The position numbers were made by a program, and so were the translations under genes. The notes below the pieces were generated by a model. It ran no database searches. It was not told where the DNA came from and saw only the letters and a list, made by a program, of their open reading frames with translations. Below, in pieces: positions 55,818 through 64,000 of a stretch of DNA of 64,000 nt. The first letter of the stretch is position 1, and every line of letters begins with the position of its first letter. The DNA comes from an uncultured Gemmataceae bacterium (lineage in GTDB: Bacteria > Planctomycetota > Planctomycetia > Gemmatales > Gemmataceae): the NCBI GenBank assembly GCA_963750165.1, contig CAVVPN010000011.1, positions 2,144,001 through 2,208,000 on the forward strand, in the 5' to 3' direction.

Positions 55818-55973
55818 CGGAGGATTCACCGCGGAGAACGCGGAGAGCGCAGAGAAAAGACAAAAGAGGAGCCACAGATAAAAACATTTAAATCGGTCTT
55901 TATCTGTGTTATCTGTGGATCGATTCTTGGTCTTTTCTCTGCGCTCTCCGCGTTCTCCGCGGTGAATCCTCCG
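55818..55973. repeat. Long REP-like inverted repeat
   Basis: ~44-bp perfect arms cggaggattcaccgcggagaacgcggagagcgcagagaaaagac. Confidence 0.85.
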
Positions 55974-55976
55974 CGT

Positions 55977-57564
55977 TCAATCGCCGTCGATGAGCCGCAC
56001 CTTGTACTCCCCCGCCCCGCGCCGCGACGAGATCCACACGGTATAGCGCCCCGTGCGCGGCAGTTTGAGGGCGAAGAGGCTGCCGGTGGCGGTGCTGCCG
56101 CGGTTGTCAGTCGCCAGCAGCACGCCATCGGGGCTGCGGAGGCTGACCACGGGTTCAAAGGCGTCGGAGCGAACGTTCAGGAACACGGTCTGCCCGGACT
56201 TGCCCGGGAAGGCCCAGTAATCCGTGGCGCCCGGCTGCACCGTGCCGGTGCCGCGGCCGCCGATCGGCAACTCCTTGAGCTTGGTTTCCGTCAGCGCCAG
56301 GCGGTAGTCGCCGCCGCCGCCGTCGCCGAGCGAGGACACCTGCAAGCGGTACAACCCCTTGGCCACGACCATGTGCGTCAGGCGGCCCTCCAACCCGTCG
56401 GCGTCGTCGCCGCTGCTGCCCACCAAGCCGCCGTGCTGGTCGTAGAGGCGCAGCACCGGCACGAACTTCTGCGAGCCGAGGTTGGCCTGGAAGAGCTGGC
56501 CGGGCGCGGCCTGGAAGCTGTAGAAGGCCGCCCCGCCCACGGGCAGGTTGTCGGCGACGTCCTTGCCCAGGGTGATCGGCACACTGGGGTCGCGCATGGT
56601 CAGCTTGTACGAGGTGGGCGTCGCCGCCAGCAGTTGCAGCTGGTAGCGGCCTTCCCGGCCCAGGACCGCGGCGTACCGCAGACGACCACCCCGGCTGGCC
56701 ACCGGCAGGAACTGAATCTCCGGCCGGTCCCCCTCGCGCTCGATGCGCTGCCCGTTGTCCGTGTCGAGCGGCGGCGTACTGCAACCGCGACAGCAGGTCA
56801 CCCTTTTTCTCCACCTCCACGAGTCGGAACTCCCCGGGCTTGCCCTGGAAGCTCAGCACGTCCGCCTCGCCCTGTTGCAGGCTGGCCGCCTGGGGCTTGC
56901 CCACGGCCAGGGCCAGTTGCCGGGCCGTACGCACCAGGAGGTCATAGCGGTAGCCCGGCTGGCCGCTCAGGACCAGGTAATCTTCCTTGCTGTCCGGGAG
57001 CAGCACGGTGCCCTCCCAACCGGTGAGCTCGCGGCCCTGGTAGTCGAGGAATTGCCAGGCCCGGGAGGAGGCCCCCTTCAACTCGGGAATGATGACCTGA
57101 CCCTTGACGCCCTGGAAGTAGTGATAACTTTTGCCCGTGCGGTCGAAGGTGCCGACCAACGGCTTGCCCACGGTGAGCGGCGTGGCCCGGAAGCGCTGCA
57201 CGCGCAGCGTGTAGTTGCCGCCGCCCTGGAACTTGTAAGCGTGGACGCGGATTTTGAACTGCCCCTTGGCGGGCAGCCGGACGGCGAAGCGGCTCTCAAG
57301 GCCCGGGTCGTCCACTTCGAGAAGCACCTTGTCGTCCTTCTTCTCCGTCTGGGCCAGTTGCAGGATCGGGTCGAACTCACGGCTGGCCACGTGGGCGATG
57401 ATGGTTTCGTCCTTCTCGCCCTCGAAGACCCAGCGGTCGATCTGGCCCGGCGTCAGGAAGGCGCCGTGCTGTCCGGGCCGCTTCAGGTCGCGGAGCGACT
57501 CCTGGGCGGCGACGGGGGCTGCCGACAACAGCACGAGGAACAGCGGCCACAATCTCGCATTCAT
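55977..57564 (-). CDS. Secreted PPC-repeat protein (frameshift near 56770)
   Basis: Signal peptide and repeated FxGxxGQ…SxxFxPxL…G.Y.L modules. Confidence 0.8.
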
Positions 57565-57846
57565 GCGTGTCTCCTGTCGTGAGGTGAAAAGGGTTGTCGT
57601 GTGGGCGGCCCGCCCGCACGACGAATACCCCAGCCTGCCCAGTAGTTCACAGTAAAACCAGCCGACTGACAAGGGCCTGCGCCCCGCGTTTTGCTCTTGA
57701 GGCGCCGGCGGTCATTGACTATAGGCCGCGTCTCAGTTGCTCCAGTCGGCAGCGGGCGGTGCGCCGTGGCCCGAGCCGCGCGTGCGCGACACCGGGCCGT
57801 CCGGGACGACAGCAGGATTCAGGACGGATGGAGAAGGAGGTCACCC

Positions 57847-58629
57847 GTGCGACACGGACTCAAACGGATCAGCCGTCCCCCTCGGAGTCTGTGGCTCGGG
57901 CTGCTGGCGCCGCTGGCGCTGATCTGCGGTTGTGGCAACCTCCTGGAGAAGGTCACCAGCAAAGATTTTCAAATGAAGGATCTGTACACGAACCCCAACC
58001 CCGTGGAGGTGCTGCGCGACCCCGCCAGCGACAACGCCAGACGCGCCGACGCCCTGCGCGAACTCCGCGAGCCCTCGGAAGCCAACCTCCAGGTGCTGAC
58101 GAGCGTCGCTGCTTCGCCGCGCGAGGAATATTATTGCCGGCTGTCCGCCATCAAGACCCTGTCCCGCTACAAGGATGTGCGTGCCGCCCAGACGCTCCGC
58201 GACGTGTATCTGCAAGACCTGCCCTACACGCCGGACATGGTGAGCATTATGCGGCAGCAAACGCTGACCGCCCTGGCCGAGACGGGCCAGGACAGCGCCC
58301 GCGAGCTGCTGATCCGCGTGGCCAAGGAGCCGCCCTCGGCCGGCAGTTTCAAGGAGCAGCAGGAAACCGTTGACCGCCGTCTGGCCGCCATCCGCGGTCT
58401 GGGCAAGTTCAACCATCCCGACGCCGTGGCCACGCTGTTCCAGGTGCTGCAGACCGATCAGGACGTGGCCGTCGGCCACAAGGCCGGCGAGGCGCTGCAG
58501 ACCGCGACCGGCAAGAACCTGCCGCCCGTGGCGGAAGTGTGGGAGCGCGAACTGTACGCCGGTCGCGCTCCTGTCGGCCCCGCTGCGCCGACGCCGATCC
58601 AGCAGGCCACGCAGCGCAGGTCGCCGTGA
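57847..58629 (+). CDS. HEAT-repeat lipoprotein
   Basis: LICGC lipobox; RLSAIKTL and RLAAIRGLG repeats. Start uncertain. Confidence 0.75.
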   Translation: MRHGLKRISRPPRSLWLGLLAPLALICGCGNLLEKVTSKDFQMKDLYTNPNPVEVLRDPASDNARRADALRELREPSEANLQVLTSVAASPREEYYCRLSAIKTLSRYKDVRAAQTLRDVYLQDLPYTPDMVSIMRQQTLTALAETGQDSARELLIRVAKEPPSAGSFKEQQETVDRRLAAIRGLGKFNHPDAVATLFQVLQTDQDVAVGHKAGEALQTATGKNLPPVAEVWERELYAGRAPVGPAAPTPIQQATQRRSP

Positions 58630-58670
58630 GTTCGCGCGGTTGGTCGGAGCCCGATCAATCGCAAGTTCAA

Positions 58671-58719
58671 TCTCGACATGCAAAAAAGTTGGCCCCCTTG
58701 GCCTCCTTGGCCCCCTTGC
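58671..58719 (+). repeat. Dispersed intergenic motif, copy 3
   Basis: TCTCGACATGCAAAAAAG(TTGGCCYCC)3TTGC. Confidence 0.8.
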
Positions 58720-58785
58720 TTTGCTACACTGGGTCACAGCACGACAGGCCGTGCCACGTCGCCCGATCCTCGTTCCGGTTCCCGC

Positions 58786-59286
58786 ATGACCGAATCCACC
58801 GCAGCGCCGCGCCCGCTGGTCGGCGTCATCATGGGCAGCAAGTCCGACTGGGAGACGCTGCGCCACGCCGCCGAGACGCTCGCCCAGCTCCAAATCCCCC
58901 ACGAGACCCGCGTCGTCTCGGCACACCGCACGCCGGACCTGCTCTTCGAGTACGCCGGCAGTGCGGAGGGCCGTGGCCTGGCGGTCATCATCGCCGGCGC
59001 GGGTGGGGCGGCGCACCTGCCGGGCATGGTCGCGGCCAAGACGCTGCTGCCGGTGCTTGGCGTGCCGGTGGAGTCGCGGGTGCTGCACGGCGTCGATTCG
59101 CTGCTGTCCATTGTGCAGATGCCCGCGGGCATCCCGGTCGGCACGCTGGCCATCGGCCCGGCCGGAGCCACCAACGCCGCGCTGTTCGCCGCGGCGCTGC
59201 TCGCCACCACCGACCCGGCGCTGCGCGAACGACTGCGGGCCTTCCGCGAACAGCAGACGCGCACCGTGATGGAGGCTCAGCTATGA
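58786..59286 (+). CDS. purE: N5-CAIR mutase
   Basis: [31 protein letters not shown]. Confidence 0.97.
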   Translation: MTESTAAPRPLVGVIMGSKSDWETLRHAAETLAQLQIPHETRVVSAHRTPDLLFEYAGSAEGRGLAVIIAGAGGAAHLPGMVAAKTLLPVLGVPVESRVLHGVDSLLSIVQMPAGIPVGTLAIGPAGATNAALFAAALLATTDPALRERLRAFREQQTRTVMEAQL

Positions 59287-60428
59287 CGGACGCCAGCGGT
59301 GTGGTGCTGCCGGGGCGACCGGTGGGCATTCTGGGCGGCGGTCAGCTGGGTCGCATGTTCGCCATTGCGGCGCGGCGGCTGGGCTATCGCGTTCACGCCT
59401 TCGACACCACACAGGACTGTCCCGCCGGCCAGGTCGCGGACGTGGAGGTCATCGCCGCCTACGACGACCAGGACGCGGCCCGCCGTTTCGCCGCCGACGT
59501 GGACGTGGTGACCTTCGAGTTCGAGAACATTCCCGCCGAGACGCTCACCGCCATCGCCGAGGTGCGGCCGGTCCACCCCGCGCCGGCGGTGCTGCACGTC
59601 TGTCGTCATCGGCTGCGCGAGAAGGAGTTTTTGCAGAGCCACGGCTTTCCGCTGGCGCGCTGGCGGCCGGTTCACGGCGTCGCGGAGTTGACGGCGGCGC
59701 TGGCGGAGCTGGGCACGCCGGCGATCCTGAAGACGGCGGACTTCGGCTACGACGGCAAGGGCCAGATGCGCATCGACGAGCCGGGGCAGGCCGCGGATGC
59801 CTGGCAAAAAATGGGACGGCCGGTTGGCGTGCTGGAGGAGCGGGTGCCGTTTCTCAAGGAAGTGTCGGTGATCTGCGCCCGCACGCGCCGCGGCCAGATG
59901 GTGTGTTACCCGGTGGGCGAGAACGAGCACCGCCGGCACATTTTGGACGTGACCACGGTGCCGGCCGCCGTGCCACCGCGAACGGCCGCCCGCGCTGTCG
60001 AGCTGGCGTCGGCCATCGCCGAGGTGCTGGACGTGGTGGGCGTGCTGGCGGTGGAACTTTTCGTGTTGCCGGACGACAAACTACTGGTGAACGAGCTGGC
60101 GCCGCGGCCGCACAACAGCGGGCACTACAGCGTTGATGCGTGCGTGACGAGTCAGTTCGAGCAACAGCTGCGGGCGGTATGCGGTTTGCCGCTGGGTGAG
60201 GTGCGGTTGCTGCGGCCGGCGGCGCTGGCGAATCTGCTGGGCGATCTGTGGACGGCGGGCGAGCCGAACTGGCCGGCGGCGCTGGCGTTCCCGGAGGTGA
60301 AATTGCACCTGTACGGCAAACGGGAGGCCCGACCGGGGCGGAAGATGGGGCACCTGACCGCGACCGCGGAGACGGCGGCGGCGGCGCGGGCGCTGGTGCT
60401 GGCGGCGCGGGCGGCGTTGATCGCGTAA
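59283..60428 (+). CDS. purK: N5-CAIR synthase
   Basis: [38 protein letters not shown]. Confidence 0.97.
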   Translation: MTDASGVVLPGRPVGILGGGQLGRMFAIAARRLGYRVHAFDTTQDCPAGQVADVEVIAAYDDQDAARRFAADVDVVTFEFENIPAETLTAIAEVRPVHPAPAVLHVCRHRLREKEFLQSHGFPLARWRPVHGVAELTAALAELGTPAILKTADFGYDGKGQMRIDEPGQAADAWQKMGRPVGVLEERVPFLKEVSVICARTRRGQMVCYPVGENEHRRHILDVTTVPAAVPPRTAARAVELASAIAEVLDVVGVLAVELFVLPDDKLLVNELAPRPHNSGHYSVDACVTSQFEQQLRAVCGLPLGEVRLLRPAALANLLGDLWTAGEPNWPAALAFPEVKLHLYGKREARPGRKMGHLTATAETAAAARALVLAARAALIA

Positions 60429-60542
60429 ACCCTGCCGCGGATTTTGGCAAACGGGAAAATGCGGGTTATACTCAGTTGGGAAGTCCTGCGCGGTAACACC
60501 CGCTTGATAATACACGGTTCGCCGTGCATCGAGGATGTGGTC

Positions 60543-60908
60543 ATGAACAACGACGAATCACGAATCCCCGACGTATTGATTACGGATCGCCGCGCCGGCG
60601 ACCGCCGGCAGGTAGATCGCCGCAAGAAAAGTATTCCGGTGGCGGTGGAGCGCCGCAGCGGCAAGGACCGCCGCCAGCAGGGCGAGCGCCGTCGCCAGAT
60701 TGATCCCACCACCTGCGAGCGCGACTACAACGACGAGGAAATCACCTTTATGAAGGCGATGGACCAGTACAAGCGCGACAACCGTCGGCCGTTCCCAACC
60801 TGGAGCGAGGTACTGGAAGTGCTCCGCGCCCTGGGCTACCGCAAGGTCGCGGAGCCGACCGTCATGCCCGGCCTTCCATCGCAGGCCGCCGCCCGCAAGG
60901 CAGAATGA
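60543..60908 (+). CDS. Conserved hypothetical protein with DRR/ERR repeats
   Basis: [13 protein letters not shown]…[13 protein letters not shown]. Confidence 0.8.
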   Translation: MNNDESRIPDVLITDRRAGDRRQVDRRKKSIPVAVERRSGKDRRQQGERRRQIDPTTCERDYNDEEITFMKAMDQYKRDNRRPFPTWSEVLEVLRALGYRKVAEPTVMPGLPSQAAARKAE

Positions 60909-60912
60909 TCTT

Positions 60913-61030
60913 GTCCTTTTAGTCCTTAGTCATTAGTCCTTAGTCATTAGTCCACTGGGTTCGAGCGCCGGGCAAAGTTCCAGCGACCCCAACCCAGCGG
61001 ACTAATGACTGAGGACTAATGACCAAGGAC
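60913..61030. repeat. REP-like element with 7-nt tandem arms
   Basis: (TAGTCMT)n versus ggactaatgact…. Confidence 0.7.
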
Positions 61031-61134
61031 TCGAGCGCGTTGCGTTCGGGTGTGGCGGGTTCTTCGCCCCTTCGGGGCGAAAGACACGACCGCGACAGTC
61101 GTCTGCGAACCGCGCTAATTAGGTAAGGATGCCT

Positions 61135-62282
61135 ATGCGTCTGTTCTTCTGCGCCGGCGAACCGAGCGGCGATCTGCACGGCGCCAGCTTGATCCGCAGT
61201 CTGCGGCGGTTGCGGCCCGACCTGGAGTTCGTCGGCTTCGGTGGCGACCGCATGGTCGCGGCAGGTTGTCACGTGTTGTACCCGCTATGCCGTCTGGCGG
61301 TGATGTGGTTCGCGCGTGTGCTGGCCAACGCCCCTACCTTCTTGCGTCTCGTCTCCGAGGCCGACCGCTTCTTCCGTCATCACCGGCCCGACGCGGTGGT
61401 GCTCATCGACTACCCCGGTTTCAACTGGTGGATGGCCCGCCGGGCGCACTTCCACGGCATTCCCGTGTTTTACTTCGTGCCGCCGCAGTTGTGGGCCTGG
61501 GCCGGCTGGCGCGTCGAGAAGATGCGCCGCTTCGTCGATCACGTCCTGTGTACGCTGCCGTTCGAGCCGCCGTGGTACCGAGGCGCGGCGTCCACGCCCA
61601 TTATGTCGGCCATCCCTATTTCGATGAGTTGGCGCACCAGCAGTTGGACCCCGGCTTCCTCGCGGAGCACACAGGGGGCGGCCCAGTCGTCGGCCTGCTG
61701 CCTGGCTCGCGCACGCAGGAGGTGCAGCGCAACCTGAGTACGCTGGTCCGCGCCGCCCAGCGCGTCCACGCAGCGCGGCCGGACGCGCGCTTCCTCTTCG
61801 CCTGTTACAAGGAGGCACAGCGGAGCTACATCGATGCCTACCTGACCAGGCATCCGGTGCCGGCGCAGACGTTCGTCGGCCGCACGCCGGAGATTATCGC
61901 CATGTCCCAGGCGACCATCGCCGTGTCAGGCTCAGTCGGCCTGGAACTGCTGTACCGCGGTGCGCCGTCGGCGGTGGTCTACCGCATCAGCCCGCTCGAC
62001 CTGTGGGTGGCGAAAAAGTTCATCAAGAGCCGTTACATCAGCCTGGTTAACTTGCTGGCGGGCAGGGAACTGTTTCCAGAGTTCTTGACGGATCGCTGCG
62101 AGGCAGCGGCGATCGCGGAGCGTGTGCTGACGTGGCTGAACGACCCGGCGGCGTATCAGGCGGTGTGCAGCGAACTGAAGGCGCTGCGGCGGCAAGTGGC
62201 GGAACCGGGGGCGTGTGAGCGGACGGCGGCGTATGTGCTGGAGGTGCTGGGTCGCGGGAAAGGTCAATTGCGGGTGGCGTGA
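61135..62282 (+). CDS. lpxB: Lipid-A-disaccharide synthase (frameshift near 61585)
   Basis: AGEPSGDLHG, IDYPGFN, PPQLWAW, LPFE; then YVGHP and LLPGSR in the second frame. Confidence 0.93.
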
Positions 62283-62348
62283 GGTTGGAATAACATGACC
62301 GCGGCTGATTCAGGGCGTCCGCTGATCTGAGAGGCAACGATGACTGCT

Positions 62349-62425
62349 TTACTCCCAGCAACCCGCGCAATGCGCTGCGCCGCGCTCAAGCGGTTGATGC
62401 CGAGTGTTTCCAGGTTGGGGGTCAT
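62349..62425 (-). pseudogene. Possible remnant of an addiction-module antitoxin
   Basis: MTPNLETLGINRLSAAQRI resembles the N-terminus of such proteins; the frame then degenerates. Confidence 0.4.
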
Positions 62426-62495
62426 GAGCGGTCGCCGTTGATTCTTGAACCACCAGCAGGACACTAGATGAAGTGACCCGCGGAAAAGTGCGGAG

Positions 62496-62530
62496 TAGAA
62501 AAGAAACGGGGGCGCGATCGCGCCCCCGTT
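62496..62530 (-). terminator. Rho-independent terminator candidate for the AAA gene
   Basis: aacgggggcgcgatcgcgcccccgtt followed by TCTTTTCT on the minus strand. Confidence 0.65.
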
Positions 62531-62546
62531 GTCGTCCACACATTCG

Positions 62547-63437
62547 TTACGCCGCCCCGGCGGTCACGCCGTCGGCCTCGTGTTCCTCGCTCGTCGGCTG
62601 CTCGCTGTCGATCCGGTGCAGCAGCGCCGCCGTCTGTTCCAGGTCGTTGCCCAGGCACTCCACGCTGATGACCATTTCCGCCAGGGCCGCGAACGGCAGC
62701 CCTTCGCTCAGGTCCACCCAGCGGCGCCGCTCCTCCGCCGAGTGCTCCGGCAGCTTGCGCGCGAAGTACGCCGCGCGGATGTGCGCGCTGGGCGGCGGCA
62801 CCAGCAGGATGCGGTCGAAGCGGCGCGGCCGTGAGATGATGCGCTTGTCCAGCCGCTCGGGGTAGTTGGTGCTCGCCAGGTTCACCGCCCGGTCCACTTG
62901 CAGGTTGCCGTCGAGCCACTGCAGCAGTTCGCTGTCGCCATACCGGGCGATGATCGCGTCAATGTCCTCGAAGACACACACAATCGGCCGATCCGGTTCG
63001 ACACGGCGGAAGCGTTCAAGACAACGGTTGAAGACGAAGGGGTTGTCACAGAAAAAGGCGAGGTGGCCGGATTTGACGATCCGGGCCACGATCTGATGAA
63101 TCAGCGACGATTTGCCGCCGCCCTGTTTGCCGTGGAACAGGTAGCCGCGACGGTGCAGAAAGCCGAACTTGCGGAAGCGCTCGTGCAACGTCCAGAAGCG
63201 GCCCACCTCTTCCAGCACCTGCGACGAGAGGCTGTCCTGGAACTCCAGGAGGTCATCGACCTTGAGGTCCTTGTCTTGCAGGATGGGGTTGCCGCACTGG
63301 TCCACGATGCAGTTGTAGGCCCCGGCCGGCAGCTGCCGCACCGTCGTGCCGCACACGCGGTACTGGCCGTCTCCCAGCACCAGCCACTGCGAGACCACCA
63401 TTTTGTCCAGGTTGTTGCTGCACTCGTCGTAGTACAT
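62547..63437 (-). CDS. AAA-family ATPase
   Basis: RRGYLFHGKQGGGKS, VFEDID, STNYPERLD…RPRRFD. Confidence 0.9.
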   Translation of the reverse strand: MYYDECSNNLDKMVVSQWLVLGDGQYRVCGTTVRQLPAGAYNCIVDQCGNPILQDKDLKVDDLLEFQDSLSSQVLEEVGRFWTLHERFRKFGFLHRRGYLFHGKQGGGKSSLIHQIVARIVKSGHLAFFCDNPFVFNRCLERFRRVEPDRPIVCVFEDIDAIIARYGDSELLQWLDGNLQVDRAVNLASTNYPERLDKRIISRPRRFDRILLVPPPSAHIRAAYFARKLPEHSAEERRRWVDLSEGLPFAALAEMVISVECLGNDLEQTAALLHRIDSEQPTSEEHEADGVTAGAA

Positions 63438-63566
63438 CCGCCGTCCTTTCCTTGTGAGGGGAGGAGGTAGTTACCTCCATTCAATTAAGATAGAGGGGAA
63501 AGTAACCCAGGCGGTTCGCGCTTTCCATGTCGGTAGGCGACGGTAAGAAGGGGATGAGACGCCGGC

Positions 63567-64000
63567 TCAGTTCGCCAGTTCCTTGAGCAGCCCCGCCGCA
63601 GTCTTCGCCCAAACGTGGCCGGTCTCCGGTTCGTAGCGGGCGCTGCGGTAGCCGGCCTCGTAGCCGCCCTCCACGAAGCCACGCCGCGTCGGGATGTAGC
63701 CCATCGCGCCGTTGGTCAGGCCGATGGTGCGCACCTGCTTGAGCGGCGCCGTGTCTTGCACCTCCTGGCCCAGCTCGACGAAGATTTCGCCCGGCAGCCA
63801 CGTCAGGCCGAAGTGCCCCAGCCGCAGCGCCGCGACCTCCGCCCGGTGTTCGCGGTCCTTGGTACGTGCCAGCACCAGCGCCGCCGGCGCGAACAACTCG
63901 TTGAAGCCGAAGGCGTTCTTCGCCGGGTTTTTCGGATCCTTGAGCATGCGCTCCGCCTCCTTGATGTCCTCGGGCCGCGGCCGTCGCAGCCGGCACGGCA
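63567..64000 (-). CDS. C-terminal part of a neutral ceramidase-like protein
   Basis: LPGEIFVELG, GLTNGAMGYIPT…GGYE. Confidence 0.75.
   Translation of the reverse strand, partial: PCRLRRPRPEDIKEAERMLKDPKNPAKNAFGFNELFAPAALVLARTKDREHRAEVAALRLGHFGLTWLPGEIFVELGQEVQDTAPLKQVRTIGLTNGAMGYIPTRRGFVEGGYEAGYRSARYEPETGHVWAKTAAGLLKELAN

Overview
GC-rich bacterial DNA of planctomycete type (DUF1501 and PSD1/cytochrome genes, Gemmataceae-like Uma2 and REP-like palindromes). The main result is an 11,684-bp integrated element (3164-14847) that splits a conserved host gene. The N-terminal half (…HRREPDFW) lies at 15146-14848 and the C-terminal half (NSKYWFRRVGKHP…) at 3163-2902; they rejoin in frame through a shared TTCC core. 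The element carries a large serine recombinase whose reading frame runs across its own att site. Excision would swap the recombinase C-terminus for an ssrA-like tail (…NEQAGYAVQVPLALA). It also carries a three-operator divergent switch, a prim-pol/ATPase with a CTAAC-repeat origin candidate, a minimal Tpt1-like ADP-ribosyltransferase, and PEP-CTERM and Kelch cargo. A second recombinase element with the same architecture appears to end at about 680, inside the 3' end of a TPR gene. The chromosomal remainder has tatC, cobA/hemD, a prkA (intein-containing)-yeaH-spoVR locus, a stand-alone MshEN protein facing STAS and a short GspE/PilB, a CDP-sugar cluster, a radical SAM/FtsH-like operon, PSD1/DUF1501 genes, an ECF sigma locus, ArsR with a His-rich protein, purEK and lpxB. 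Many genes carry single frameshifts, most likely sequencing or assembly indels. All family calls come from motif recognition, not database searches.
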